Below are positions 36,888 to 47,082 of a stretch of 64,000 nucleotides of DNA, piece by piece. Position 1 is the stretch's first letter. Every line of letters starts with the position of its first letter. Under the pieces are notes generated by a model. The model was not told the DNA's origin and did no database searches. It saw only the letters and a list, made by a program, of their open reading frames with translations. Source of the stretch: a virus; IMG/VR virus record IMGVR_UViG_3300048502_000040, positions 23,901 to 87,900 of that record. One strand, 5' to 3'. The translations under genes and the position numbers were made by a program.

Positions 36888-37437
36888 CTCTATGCCTCTC
36901 AATGTATTCTGCCGCTTCTCTGAGTAATTCGGAATTGTCTCTGAATTGCCCTAGTCCGCAATTACATGCGAAACACAGAAGAGAGCGCACCTTTCCTGAT
37001 TTATGGTCGTGGTCTACGTGCGGTTTATTGTCTTTGTCTAAACCGAACTCACGCTTACACAGAGCACACCTATCGGACTGGCTTTTGGATAGAACTTCAA
37101 AACCCTTTTGATCCAGCCCGTACCGCTTTCGCAGCATATATTCTCTTTGCCACTGTTTCATATTCGGGTCTTGCATTCTTTCTAGGTTTTTCTGCCTACG
37201 CTTTTCAATGTTCCTTTGGTAGTGCTGTCTACTCCATTGCTTGATTCTTTCTTTATACTCTGGAGTAGAACGCCTAACCCTTTGGCGGTCAGCCGTTTTG
37301 GCCTTGCTCTCGGCACTCTTTACATAATCCTTCATGTAGGCTTTCATACGAGCTTTTGTCTTAGTCACAGAAGCTTCCGATGGGATGTAACTTTTTCGGT
37401 ATTCTCTGAAATACTCACGTCTTGTCTCGTTGCTCAC
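36871..37437 (-). CDS. EndoVII-type homing endonuclease
   Basis: GTG start; QSDRCALC..HVDHDH.SGKVRSLLC..CN.GLG.FRD..AAEYI. Confidence 0.85.
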   Translation of the reverse strand: MSNETRREYFREYRKSYIPSEASVTKTKARMKAYMKDYVKSAESKAKTADRQRVRRSTPEYKERIKQWSRQHYQRNIEKRRQKNLERMQDPNMKQWQREYMLRKRYGLDQKGFEVLSKSQSDRCALCKREFGLDKDNKPHVDHDHKSGKVRSLLCFACNCGLGQFRDNSELLREAAEYIERHRDENLQ

Positions 37438-37817
37438 AAGTATCTCCGTAACTCCCCGTCTGAACCGACAAAGCCAAACCGCTTGATGCACAATTTGCGA
37501 AGAGATTCGTTTGAACTGTTGAAAATTATCTCGGTGAACCCGTTTTCCTTAGCTTTTTTTGCAAGATCATCGAACCCTGTGACCATTGCTCTGGCATTCC
37601 TACGGCGATCCTCGTTTGAAACAAACTGGATGTCGAGTCTGAGAACTTTGGCTCCTCGTACAAAAAGGATAGGGCCAGACTCATCCTCGTAAGTTTTACA
37701 CACTGTTCCGTATTGTGTGAAAAAATCGGCAGTAGTGCCCTGATGGTGTACGTCATGGGCTAGACTCTTTTCCAGAATCGGCAAGTCACGGGTTTCAAGG
37801 AAACGATCTGTTACCAT
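37434..37817 (-). CDS. GNAT-like morphogenesis protein
   Basis: Position before pilot protein; FIRG..LDIQF..EIIF.S....L..LC..RFGF. Confidence 0.5.
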   Translation of the reverse strand: MVTDRFLETRDLPILEKSLAHDVHHQGTTADFFTQYGTVCKTYEDESGPILFVRGAKVLRLDIQFVSNEDRRRNARAMVTGFDDLAKKAKENGFTEIIFNSSNESLRKLCIKRFGFVGSDGELRRYL

Positions 37818-37960
37818 TATTCTCTCCCTGTTCTAAAGCACCGCACACCTAGCCAAGTGTAACTTCATACCACCAGCTAGTCGAGCTTGTGCCAGAGTCT
37901 TGATACGGCGCGAACCACTCTCCCGGCAAATTGAATGCTAGGATTCCTTTAGTGTTTCCT

Positions 37961-40276
37961 CTACGGTTGCGTCAATGTCCAACTAAAGCAAGTTTCGTTA
38001 TACGGGTTTCCGGCTGACGCTTTGCCGCCTTGGTTATCCGGGTTCATACCAATGCCTACTTGGTTTGGCTTGTTTGCCAAAAACGCGGTTACACCCTGAG
38101 CACCAGCAAACCACCAGAAAAACCCATCCACTGAGTAGTAGTAATTCAGGTTGGTTCCATCAAATTTTATCCGCAGCCACGCGTTTCCAGTGGTAACGGC
38201 ACTTGCGCCAAGGTTTGTCTGACCGCTATATGAGTTCAGATTGTTCATGAAGACCAACCCAAGCGGGCCTACAGGATTAGAAAATCCATATATGATGGCC
38301 CGCCCACCTGTAGCATCGTACATCACCATCCCTAGCGTTAGGTAGTTTGGGTAAAATGACGAAGACTTGATACGAGCGGTCGCCGTCCACGGAGAAGCAG
38401 GGGTTGTAATGGTTTGAACTAAAGCCCGTACGCAATCTGTAGGCCCAGTGCCTGCATCTGTGAGATAGATTCCCCCGGTGATCGAACCGGAGTTAGTGGG
38501 TGCTCCAAAATTCAATGCCGTGAATGATCCTAGGGTGGGAGAAGTCCATGCGCTCTCGCCGGGGGGAGTCGATCCTCCTCCTCCACCAGTTATCGTAACT
38601 GTACCCGAACCGTTGTCAACTAGGGTAATACCTGACCCCGCTGCCAAATTCAGCAAAGTTTGAGAACCGTTGTTAGTACCGTTTGTCTGAAGAGTGGCTC
38701 CACCGCCACCAGACCCCGGCACAGACATCTGAAACACCGTGCCATCATATTTGCAACTAACGATCTGACCCGCCGTGATGTTCCCTGCTGTAAGGGCGGT
38801 AGCGTTGCCGTTCGCCTTGATTGCGATGGCAGCGCCCCCATTCACAGCTAGGGTACTTGCGGCAGTGTTTGTGTGGGCGGCTAAGAAAGTGATAACTGAG
38901 CCGGGTACCAAAGTGGGGGATGGAGTCAAGGCCACTGCATAGGCGTTTGCTGTTCCAGTGTCCGATGCGTAGGTATATGCTTCCTGCTGAACGCTTGATT
39001 GGGTTGCTGCGCTTGCGATAAACGCCGGAAGTCCTACAACCTGAGACTCGTCAATTTGGGGTATAGTTCCCGGCGCTGTGGAGCTTGTGCTCACAACCAC
39101 AATAGTCTGGAAGTTGTGTGCAGCCGTAGGCGAAGCGTAACTGACAACGGACGTTACAGTGCCAGCCGTACCTGTAGTGATAGTTTCCGTGTAAACAGCG
39201 CAGGCGTTGGTAGCGCCGTCATTAGCCGTACTACGAGAGGTTCCTCGATTCCATGTTACCGCCCCGGTGGAACCTCCCGGTGTCGCGCCTTGCGACCCGA
39301 AGTAGATGGCAGTGTTACCAGCAGCAGCCGAGCCGGGGGTAGTCAAGGAAACCGGAGTTGACCCTGCTCTACTCGATATGAAGGTTGACACCGAAACTGT
39401 ACCACTGAACGTAACTACGCAAGCGTTCCACAAACCCACTGTACTGAAGCTGACTGACCCTGTAGCTATGTCACCGCTCGTTAGAGTCTTGGTATAGGTT
39501 CCCCCTCCCCAAAATGTACCGGAACCACTCGTGCCATCCACCAAAGTCCAACCAGAAGGCGTAGAGGGCAGCGACCCGTTTGAAGACCCAATGCACATCA
39601 CAGCGAAATCACCAGCAGATGCGGCAGCCGGGAGAGTGGGCTGTATGTTAGTGCCTACTCCACCGCTATTACTACTGGCTGCGTAGGAGTGAAGGGTGTT
39701 GCCGGTATCAGTTATCGTTATAGAACCCGGAGTGGAGTTAGTCGTTGACCATTTGGCCCTAACTATATCTCCCACACCAAAAGTATTTGATACAAGAGTT
39801 GCCACTGATCCAGTCAGGGTGTACTGAGAAGTGTTTATCAAAACACCGTTCAATAGTAAAGACAAGGAACCAGCAATAGGTGTCGAGCCGAAAGTGACAA
39901 CGCTCTCTCCACCTAAGCAATTAGCTGAAGCATCGCCATAAAACAATATGCCAGAAGCGGCTGCGCTGATAACTCCACCTGTAACCACAATGGATGTACC
40001 ATCTGGCTTTACTGCGCCTGTAGTGCTGGTTGTGGCAGTAGGTACAGCCACAGTAACCGTGCCTGTACCGTTATCGGTGATAGTAGTGTTGGTTCCCTGT
40101 TGCAGATTCAAAAGCGTTTGACTTCCGTTAGGGGTACCATTCACTTCGAGAGATAAGCCAACCACGCCGGTCTGGTTGATCGTGGTAATACCTGCGGCGG
40201 TAGAGGCAGTGACGGTTCCAGCAAGATTCAAAGAGAGTTGATTTATGCCGTTTATATTTACAGGAACTACGCTCAT
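37961..40276 (-). CDS. tail fibre / receptor-binding protein
   Basis: 771 aa, T/G/S-rich, AT-rich codons; YASDTGTANAY and L.AGNI.AGQ..YDG fibre motifs; ConA-like C-terminus (LRIKFDGTNLNYYYSVDG..W). Confidence 0.8.
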   Translation of the reverse strand: MSVVPVNINGINQLSLNLAGTVTASTAAGITTINQTGVVGLSLEVNGTPNGSQTLLNLQQGTNTTITDNGTGTVTVAVPTATTSTTGAVKPDGTSIVVTGGVISAAASGILFYGDASANCLGGESVVTFGSTPIAGSLSLLLNGVLINTSQYTLTGSVATLVSNTFGVGDIVRAKWSTTNSTPGSITITDTGNTLHSYAASSNSGGVGTNIQPTLPAAASAGDFAVMCIGSSNGSLPSTPSGWTLVDGTSGSGTFWGGGTYTKTLTSGDIATGSVSFSTVGLWNACVVTFSGTVSVSTFISSRAGSTPVSLTTPGSAAAGNTAIYFGSQGATPGGSTGAVTWNRGTSRSTANDGATNACAVYTETITTGTAGTVTSVVSYASPTAAHNFQTIVVVSTSSTAPGTIPQIDESQVVGLPAFIASAATQSSVQQEAYTYASDTGTANAYAVALTPSPTLVPGSVITFLAAHTNTAASTLAVNGGAAIAIKANGNATALTAGNITAGQIVSCKYDGTVFQMSVPGSGGGGATLQTNGTNNGSQTLLNLAAGSGITLVDNGSGTVTITGGGGGSTPPGESAWTSPTLGSFTALNFGAPTNSGSITGGIYLTDAGTGPTDCVRALVQTITTPASPWTATARIKSSSFYPNYLTLGMVMYDATGGRAIIYGFSNPVGPLGLVFMNNLNSYSGQTNLGASAVTTGNAWLRIKFDGTNLNYYYSVDGFFWWFAGAQGVTAFLANKPNQVGIGMNPDNQGGKASAGNPYNETCFSWTLTQP

Positions 40277-40341
40277 CTATTCCTCTCTAAATACTCAGCA
40301 GCCAATCGCAAGGCTGCGGGGTCATCCTAAAACATTCCAAG
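40273..40341 (-). pseudogene. C-terminal scar of an EndoVII-type homing endonuclease
   Basis: Translates LGMF*DDPAALRLAAEYLERNR*; compare IGMLQDDPSKLRKAAEYLENA in 47352-47771. Confidence 0.65.
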
Positions 40342-40343
40342 CC

Positions 40344-40757
40344 TTAGAGACCAGTCTGACCAGCCGCTACTCCGTACCAATTAGTGTCGGCGGCGTTGTA
40401 GTAAATCTGCTGGATGCTGTGCTTGTTCGCTGTGGTGCTTGGTGCAGTCACTCCAAGGAAGAATGCAGGCAGCGTGATCGCGTGGCCTGTGCCGTCTTGC
40501 ACCCAGAAGAGGGTAATGACCTGACCGTCTGTAGGGTTGTTGACGACGATAGATGTGATGGCCGCGTTGACGTTTATCTTTTGCTTGTCACCGGACGCGG
40601 CGTTGATCGTCAACACGCCTGCTACAGGGGCAGTTGTGACCGGAGGGTTGGCGGCTGCTCCGGTGTACGCTGAGACATTACCGGAGGCATCCTGTTGCCA
40701 CTTTACAAGTGAACCGCCATTAGGGGCGGCAGGGGTCGTGCTGTTTAGTGTTATCAC
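40344..40757 (-). CDS. tail-associated protein
   Basis: 137 aa, beta-rich; precedes fibre. Confidence 0.65.
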   Translation of the reverse strand: MITLNSTTPAAPNGGSLVKWQQDASGNVSAYTGAAANPPVTTAPVAGVLTINAASGDKQKINVNAAITSIVVNNPTDGQVITLFWVQDGTGHAITLPAFFLGVTAPSTTANKHSIQQIYYNAADTNWYGVAAGQTGL

Positions 40758-40766
40758 TTTGCTCCT

Positions 40767-41045
40767 TTAGCTCACCGCAATAGGCGGGTTGGTCGCGTTC
40801 ACGGCAATCATGTAATCGTAGGAAACAACTACACCATCCACCGCTATACAAGCGATAGCAGTTGGAGTCCACTGATTCGTATTGGCGTTATACTGAAGGT
40901 TGTTGGCTGGGGCCGGAAAACTACTTGATACAGGTACAGTCTGCAATCCGTCAACAACCACGCGGGGGCTACCTGCGGTGCTAACCACGTCTCCGATAAG
41001 CGGGTATATTCCGGCAGCAATGCCTACTATTTCTCGATTAGCCAT
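40767..41045 (-). CDS. small tail-associated protein
   Basis: MANREIV start, in operon. Confidence 0.55.
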   Translation of the reverse strand: MANREIVGIAAGIYPLIGDVVSTAGSPRVVVDGLQTVPVSSSFPAPANNLQYNANTNQWTPTAIACIAVDGVVVSYDYMIAVNATNPPIAVS

Positions 41046-41046
41046 T

Positions 41047-41733
41047 CTAAGACTCCAGTCCAACATAAGTGAGCGTGGTCGTCATTGCAGCACTGCTCGT
41101 GCCAATGTTGGTTACCGTAACGTATGCGGTACCTACTTGGGGGGAGTCTCCATTGGCTCCTACCCGGTTCTGATACGTCCATTGGTATGGTGCTGTGTCG
41201 AGCGCAACATCGCAGATGATGTTCTGCGTAGTGCCTGCGGCTGGAGGAACGTCGAGGGCGCGGCCTGCGTCTGAGGTCTGCGCGGCGGCGGTTCCGTAAA
41301 GCTCGAAGCGGATCGCGCCGCTGGCGCTGAGGCTGAGAAGCTGAAACGACTTTGAGATCGACAGGGTGCCGATAAAGCTCTGGCCGGGATTCAACACGCC
41401 GGTCTTCACAGTGGCGATAGAGGCCACGATGACTGCCGGGGTGCTTCCGCCTCCGCTGCTGCCAGAGATGACCGCTGTGCTCGTTGTCGTGCTTGTCCCG
41501 GCACTCTGTGTGGCAGGCGGGGTAAAGATACGGAACTGCGGCACCTGCCCTTTGAGGTAGTAGCTGCGCAATGAATCCGGTGATGGTTGGAACAGCGGTG
41601 GTAGCGGGCACCGCATCATTGTTCCGCGAATGGGCTGGCTGTCCGCGTTAGGGACAGCCGCATTTATACGCGACACCGATTCTACAGGTTGTGCCTCGGC
41701 TGTGGAAACTAAAGAATCACTAAGACTTGGCAT
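41047..41733 (-). CDS. tail-associated protein
   Basis: 228 aa, T/S-rich. Confidence 0.65.
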   Translation of the reverse strand: MPSLSDSLVSTAEAQPVESVSRINAAVPNADSQPIRGTMMRCPLPPLFQPSPDSLRSYYLKGQVPQFRIFTPPATQSAGTSTTTSTAVISGSSGGGSTPAVIVASIATVKTGVLNPGQSFIGTLSISKSFQLLSLSASGAIRFELYGTAAAQTSDAGRALDVPPAAGTTQNIICDVALDTAPYQWTYQNRVGANGDSPQVGTAYVTVTNIGTSSAAMTTTLTYVGLES

Positions 41734-41942
41734 GTTTCCTTTACCTTTTCTTTGTTATTGGACTGCCAAACTTTTGTTCGTGCAGTATATGCATCCTTGT
41801 TGGTAAGGTAGTAACCTGCAAGATATGCTTTTTGGCAGGTCTTGCAGGTACGATAACCTTGCGAGGAGACACGAGTATTCTCGGGGGTAAACTCGTGTCC
41901 GTTCTTACAGTGGGTCTTCCCAGTATTCATGTTCTTACCCAA
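41709..41942 (-). pseudogene. homing endonuclease N-terminal fragment (nuclease domain lost)
   Basis: KTHCKNGHEFTPENT..RTCKTC matches KTHCVNGHEL..RRCLKC of 48700-49152; no DH/CN catalytic part follows. Confidence 0.65.
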
Positions 41943-44900
41943 CTAAGCCTCCTGACTAAAAGCGCCGAAAACCGTGAGTGTCAGAAGCTCATTCTGGGCA
42001 TTCTCACTGCTCCAAATCACCTTTATCTGCATACTTCTGCACGATGCTGCCTCGTTGATGATCTCGGACATGTTGAAGCGTTGCGAATAAAAACTGGTGC
42101 TCTTCTTTATATTCGTCGGGTCTTCAACCCACTGCTTCACTATATCGAATGGCCCGGTATAGTAAGGAAGCGCCTCATCGAAGATTACGCCCAAGACCAT
42201 CGGAGTCCCGGTCTTTACGGATTCCGCAGTAACAAAAGAAACAAGGGCGTTCTGACCCGGTTGGGCTAGGACGGCAGAGCCAATCACTGCATTAGCAGCA
42301 TACGATGTTCCGTTATCCTGCCAAGTTCCCAAATCTCTGTTGAGAATGGGGCCAGAAGCGGTAGGCCCGAGAAGCAACTTGTGCAGTCCCGGTGAAACTT
42401 CGAGCGATTGCACCGCGCCGACGCCGCCGACGATTGTCGCAAACGGAGACCATGTGTAGCCGGACTCAGGTGCGGGCGTTGGCATGAGACGGAACCAACC
42501 ATTCGCACCGTCGCAGATGTACCATCCCTGATCTTCACCAGAGACGTGCCATGCGACGTAGACGTTCGCTGCGTTCCAACTTGTGCCGGGGCTGCCATTG
42601 TTCAGGCGAAGCTGGTCACCGATTGGGAATGCTGCGTAGTCCACACCAGACGAAGGATCGAGGATCACGAACTGGTTGTCAGTCGTGAAGAACCCGATGA
42701 TGGAGCCGTTCACATCGAGAGCATTGTAGCTCAACAAGCCTACGCCACTCATAAGCGGTATGCCGCTTTGGATCGGATTGGCCGATGTCCCGTTGCCTTG
42801 GATCAAGTACACATCCGAGACGGTGAAGACCATCAGACCACTCGTCGTCGGAACCAACCGCTTCACCAGTGACGGGAAGTTGTCGTAGTTCAGAGGCGAG
42901 ACACCATTCACGCCGTTGCCCACTGGGGTGTTCGGCCCGCTCGTCCAATACACCGTGTTACCGATGCTGAAGAAGATGCGGTTGAGATGGTAGGTCAAGT
43001 TGATGGCACCCAGCGCGGGCGGTGTGTTCTCGCCTGCGGCTGCGCCTTGGATCAGGTTGTTGAGGCCCGTGTCCGGCGTCGTGTCGGTGTACCCGCTCAC
43101 GAGGTATTGTGAGAGCGGTATGGTGTACGTTGTGGTCGCGCCCGGAATCAGGAACGGTGTGTTCTGACCATCGGTCGTTCGGAAGATCGCCACATAGTCG
43201 GACTGTGGGTCGATGTCTGCGAGAGGAGGCAAGCCTGCCCCTGCGGGTATCGAGATTCCGTTTACGCCGATGAAGTTCCCGGTTGCGGCTGACAAGGGGG
43301 ACATGTTCGACACGGTGTTGTCCAACGTGTTGACCAATGCCACGCCGTACTTCCACCCTCCGTTGAAAGTGCTCAACGTGCCGGTAGGAGCAACTGCGGC
43401 GGTTCCATTGTTGATCCAGATCAGGTTCGGGTTGTCCAACGTCAACTGGTTGAGACCAGTTTGAAACGTCGGCGCTGTCGTGCCGCTGACGCCTGTGCGA
43501 TACGGGAACTCCGTAAAGCCGTTGGTGTCGATGATCGGCGTGTTCGGCAGCGTGAAGTTTGTTTCTGGCAGCCACGAGAAGTCGGTTGCCGGGCCAAGGT
43601 TGATCCATGTGAACTGACCATTGGTCTCGGTCACCTTGGGATAGCTGGGTGCGAAGGACGTGCTCCATGCGGGCCACGCGGGAGGGTTGGTACCACTCGT
43701 AGGTGCGCCGTTAGCAATTGGAAATCCGTTGCACGTCAAGACCATCTGCATACCGGAGTGATACCAGTAGGAGAAGTCGATCTCGATGGGGTAGACGCCT
43801 GCTGTGGGGAAGTTCACCGTGAGGGTGTCTGTCCACTCTGCTCCGCCGCCAAGACCGCGATTCGTGCCGCTCATGACTGAGTAGCCCTGTGCTGCCGTGA
43901 TCGTTTGACCGATTGGATTGTCCAGCGTTCCGCTGACCTTAGTCGCGGTACTGCCGATGCCCCAAATCACACCATCGTGGTGTACGTTCGTAAACGTGTA
44001 CTGTCCTGCGACAGGTATGTTCAAAGAACCCAAAATGATGAGTTGGTAGTTCTGCGTGTACGCCGGGAACGGGTTATTTGTTCCAGTCGTTTCGCCTGCT
44101 CCGTTGAGAGTCTGCCATGCCATTGTTGACCCAGACCCGAGAGGGGTTCCGGTAAACTGGAAGCTGTTCTCTGTAGTCGTGTTAGCAAGAGCGCTGCCTG
44201 TACTCGTCGGGTTGGTCAGTATGAAGCAACCGACCGGGCCGGAAGTCGGGCCGTTGTAGAGGTACGCGCTCACGTTTCCTGATACCGTGGGGTTCACGGC
44301 TGGTGCCAGTTGGAACAAGCAGTTGGTGCCGCCTGCGCTGGCGATGATGTAGGTGCCCTCCGTGATGGCGCTTGCGAGGTTGGTCTCCACGGTGCCCAAG
44401 GCGTTGACGAGTGTCAGCGTAGTTGATGTAGACGCGCTGCACAGGTACGTGCCATTGTTGACGCCATTGGTGAATCCCGAGATGACGAAGGTCGTGCCCG
44501 CGAAAGCATTAGACCCGCCGCCCGTAATGATGCCTGTGTAGACCGTGTGGCCGCCGCTGTTATTCGCCACAGATGTAAGCTGCAACGAGACGCTTGGCGT
44601 GTACGCGGTATGCGGTGTCCAAACCATTGAGGCTGCGGTCTGGATCATCTTCCATGTAACAGAGCCGTCGCTGGTCGTGTTGCCAACGCTGGTTGCCCAT
44701 GTCGGAGTGACCGCCCCGCTCAATCCTTTGGCAGTAACCTGCTGAAGGTTGCCGTTCGAGTCGATGATGACACCGGGCAACGAGTAGAAGGTGTTCGCCT
44801 GCCACGACACGTTGGATGTTCCCACGGTCGGGGTGATGGCCTCCGCGTCGTTGGCGATGCCCCAGTTCTCGATTGGGTTGCCACGGTTCGTCCACTGGAC

Positions 44901-45818
44901 TGTGCCGTCGATGGTGATGCCGCCCTGATAGTCGTTGCCTGCTGCCGGTACGACTGTGCTCCATGTTGGAACGGTTGAGCCTGACACCGGGGTTCCATCT
45001 AGACTGAAGATGTTGCCTGCATCTGCGGTAGGCCCGTAGTTCGCATGAGCGTAGTTGAAAGTGAAGGTGCTGCCTGAAACGCCCGTTACCGCTACAGTCA
45101 AGCCTTCGAGAAAGGTCGCCGTCATACCCGTTGTCGGGAAGGTCACGTTGTCGCCAACTGCAAGTACGCTCGTCAACGTCGCGGACGACGTGACGGTCAC
45201 CACAGCGCTAGTCACCTGTATCGTGGTGATCGGAATGTCCGTCCCAGTGAGTTGCTGGATGTTCCCGTTGGGGTCTATGAAGAAGGTCGAGAAGTATGGG
45301 GTAGACGGGGTGTTCCACGTTGCGCCCGCCGCCCATACCACAAGGCTCTGAAGCCACTTATTGTTGTCCTGCCCGTTGCCAAAGTACAAGCTGTTCCCTA
45401 CAGATTGCATGTAGCTCTGGCCTGCGTTCGCGCTCTTCGTCCATACGAGGCTCTTCACTCCGTTATAGAGCGAGTACAGTGCGGTGGCCTGATCGACCAT
45501 CACGTCGATCTTCTCTGTGCTGTTGCCGAACATGCGGAACGAGTAGAAACGATCTGGCGCATTCCATGAGTTAGAGTCATACACCGAGTTACCGGGACGA
45601 CGAGCCAGTGTCAAACGATTGGTGATCTCTACGTTGGTGCCTGCGATGAGAGCATCACCTGACGGGCCGTAGAATTTCTCAACGAGTCGCGTAGTATTTG
45701 CATCACGCTGCGGGCTGCGGTTTGTCCATATACCGCTCGACCAGCGCCCGGTATAGATCGGTGCGAATCGCACTGCCTTTTGTGGCTGGCCGCCATTGAG
45801 TCCAAGATTGTTGGGCAT
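41943..45818 (-). CDS. large tail (tubular/stabilisation-type) protein with inserted adhesion domains
   Basis: 1291 aa; PA14-like segment and repeated W..DG.V.W modules; position after connectors. Confidence 0.7.
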   Translation of the reverse strand: MPNNLGLNGGQPQKAVRFAPIYTGRWSSGIWTNRSPQRDANTTRLVEKFYGPSGDALIAGTNVEITNRLTLARRPGNSVYDSNSWNAPDRFYSFRMFGNSTEKIDVMVDQATALYSLYNGVKSLVWTKSANAGQSYMQSVGNSLYFGNGQDNNKWLQSLVVWAAGATWNTPSTPYFSTFFIDPNGNIQQLTGTDIPITTIQVTSAVVTVTSSATLTSVLAVGDNVTFPTTGMTATFLEGLTVAVTGVSGSTFTFNYAHANYGPTADAGNIFSLDGTPVSGSTVPTWSTVVPAAGNDYQGGITIDGTVQWTNRGNPIENWGIANDAEAITPTVGTSNVSWQANTFYSLPGVIIDSNGNLQQVTAKGLSGAVTPTWATSVGNTTSDGSVTWKMIQTAASMVWTPHTAYTPSVSLQLTSVANNSGGHTVYTGIITGGGSNAFAGTTFVISGFTNGVNNGTYLCSASTSTTLTLVNALGTVETNLASAITEGTYIIASAGGTNCLFQLAPAVNPTVSGNVSAYLYNGPTSGPVGCFILTNPTSTGSALANTTTENSFQFTGTPLGSGSTMAWQTLNGAGETTGTNNPFPAYTQNYQLIILGSLNIPVAGQYTFTNVHHDGVIWGIGSTATKVSGTLDNPIGQTITAAQGYSVMSGTNRGLGGGAEWTDTLTVNFPTAGVYPIEIDFSYWYHSGMQMVLTCNGFPIANGAPTSGTNPPAWPAWSTSFAPSYPKVTETNGQFTWINLGPATDFSWLPETNFTLPNTPIIDTNGFTEFPYRTGVSGTTAPTFQTGLNQLTLDNPNLIWINNGTAAVAPTGTLSTFNGGWKYGVALVNTLDNTVSNMSPLSAATGNFIGVNGISIPAGAGLPPLADIDPQSDYVAIFRTTDGQNTPFLIPGATTTYTIPLSQYLVSGYTDTTPDTGLNNLIQGAAAGENTPPALGAINLTYHLNRIFFSIGNTVYWTSGPNTPVGNGVNGVSPLNYDNFPSLVKRLVPTTSGLMVFTVSDVYLIQGNGTSANPIQSGIPLMSGVGLLSYNALDVNGSIIGFFTTDNQFVILDPSSGVDYAAFPIGDQLRLNNGSPGTSWNAANVYVAWHVSGEDQGWYICDGANGWFRLMPTPAPESGYTWSPFATIVGGVGAVQSLEVSPGLHKLLLGPTASGPILNRDLGTWQDNGTSYAANAVIGSAVLAQPGQNALVSFVTAESVKTGTPMVLGVIFDEALPYYTGPFDIVKQWVEDPTNIKKSTSFYSQRFNMSEIINEAASCRSMQIKVIWSSENAQNELLTLTVFGAFSQEA

Positions 45819-45827
45819 GTTGCTCCT

Positions 45828-46370
45828 TTAGTTGAATCCGACATTTTTGTACTGCTGCTTGCCCACGTTTACAAACGCAGAGGGTAGTGGAAGGCTGTCG
45901 ATGTATACTGCCACACCGACTGCGGTTATATTCACGTAGTCGCTGATAGGCCCGATAGGAAGGGTAGCTTCACCGAAGGCTTCTGCCGTAACCCCTGCTA
46001 TAGACGACAAACTGGTTCCCAAGCTGGCCGTGTGGTAGCTTATATTGAATACCCCTCCAGTTCCAGAAATGAGTGAACCGTTGAGATGAACAATGCTGTT
46101 ACTACTGCTGACCGATCCGTTCAAATTAATAAACGGATAAATGTTATGCACCACGACACCGGGGTTTGTGAAGACTGAAGGCAGCGTAAAAGTTCCCCAG
46201 TTTATGTCGTAGGTTTGCGGATTTACGGGATGTGAGTTGCTAATCAAGCCTGCGCCGCTGGTAGCAGTAACGGAAGCTGCTGCCCCACTTGCCGAAGTGG
46301 CGGTGAATACAGAAGCCACACAATAAACAACCGACTGGCCGCTAGGCACTGTGACTGGAGGGGTAAACAT
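45828..46370 (-). CDS. tail-associated protein
   Basis: 180 aa, AT-rich, S/T/V-rich. Confidence 0.55.
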   Translation of the reverse strand: MFTPPVTVPSGQSVVYCVASVFTATSASGAAASVTATSGAGLISNSHPVNPQTYDINWGTFTLPSVFTNPGVVVHNIYPFINLNGSVSSSNSIVHLNGSLISGTGGVFNISYHTASLGTSLSSIAGVTAEAFGEATLPIGPISDYVNITAVGVAVYIDSLPLPSAFVNVGKQQYKNVGFN

Positions 46371-46371
46371 C

Positions 46372-47073
46372 TTAGCTAGTTACCCCACTGAGAATTATGC
46401 CTACGTTTGCGAACGTAGCATCGGCTGTCGCGGGGGCGGTAATCTCAAGGATGTCACCCACACTGAAAGTTACGGCACTCCCCGAGAACGTGGCAACGCC
46501 TCCTGTGCTGAAGGCTATACTTCCTACTGATGTACCGTTCTTGAGAATGCTTACGGAAACCGCCCCAGTAGGGTTCACCTGACACACAGCAGTGCTTGGG
46601 GAAAACTGGGCAGAGAACGTAACATTGCGCTCAAGTTTCAGGTAAAGCATGACCTGAGCATTGGCAAAAGTTCCGGGGAAGAACACACCTACATCATAAA
46701 TCGTTTGCGTAATCGGAGCGGCAGTGCTAACGATATTCGGCTTCCATACTCCAACGTCGAACGGGGATGGAGTGCTGAGAACCTGCTGGGAGTTCGGCCC
46801 CCATACAAGCTGCCCGGCTGAGGTATAACCGCGCACCACATAGAAGGTGTTGGCCGGTGTCAGCACGTCGTTCGGCCACATGTACTGCGCCGGGGAAGTG
46901 CTGATGCTGCCGCTGGAGTTCAGAAGTATCTTGATCTCTCGGCCTGCGCAAATGTTCGTAGTCGTATTGGCCTGCGCATCCTGACTGAGAACAAACGTCA
47001 GGTAGCCATTGACGAGCAAGTTGCCCTGCGTGTCCTGAAAGTTTCCCCCAGTAAGTTGTACGGTAGTTGACAT
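46372..47073 (-). CDS. structural protein
   Basis: AGGA RBS; F.D..GN.L.NG.L.F.L N-terminal domain. Confidence 0.65.
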   Translation of the reverse strand: MSTTVQLTGGNFQDTQGNLLVNGYLTFVLSQDAQANTTTNICAGREIKILLNSSGSISTSPAQYMWPNDVLTPANTFYVVRGYTSAGQLVWGPNSQQVLSTPSPFDVGVWKPNIVSTAAPITQTIYDVGVFFPGTFANAQVMLYLKLERNVTFSAQFSPSTAVCQVNPTGAVSVSILKNGTSVGSIAFSTGGVATFSGSAVTFSVGDILEITAPATADATFANVGIILSGVTS

Positions 47074-47082
47074 GGTTTCCTC

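Noticed and set aside
28856-36923. Long + strand ORFs (e.g. 28856-30022, 33711-34622, 34725-35864, 36060-36923; also 52525-53649)
   Set aside because: Antisense shadows of GC3-biased genes; no RBS or recognisable motifs.
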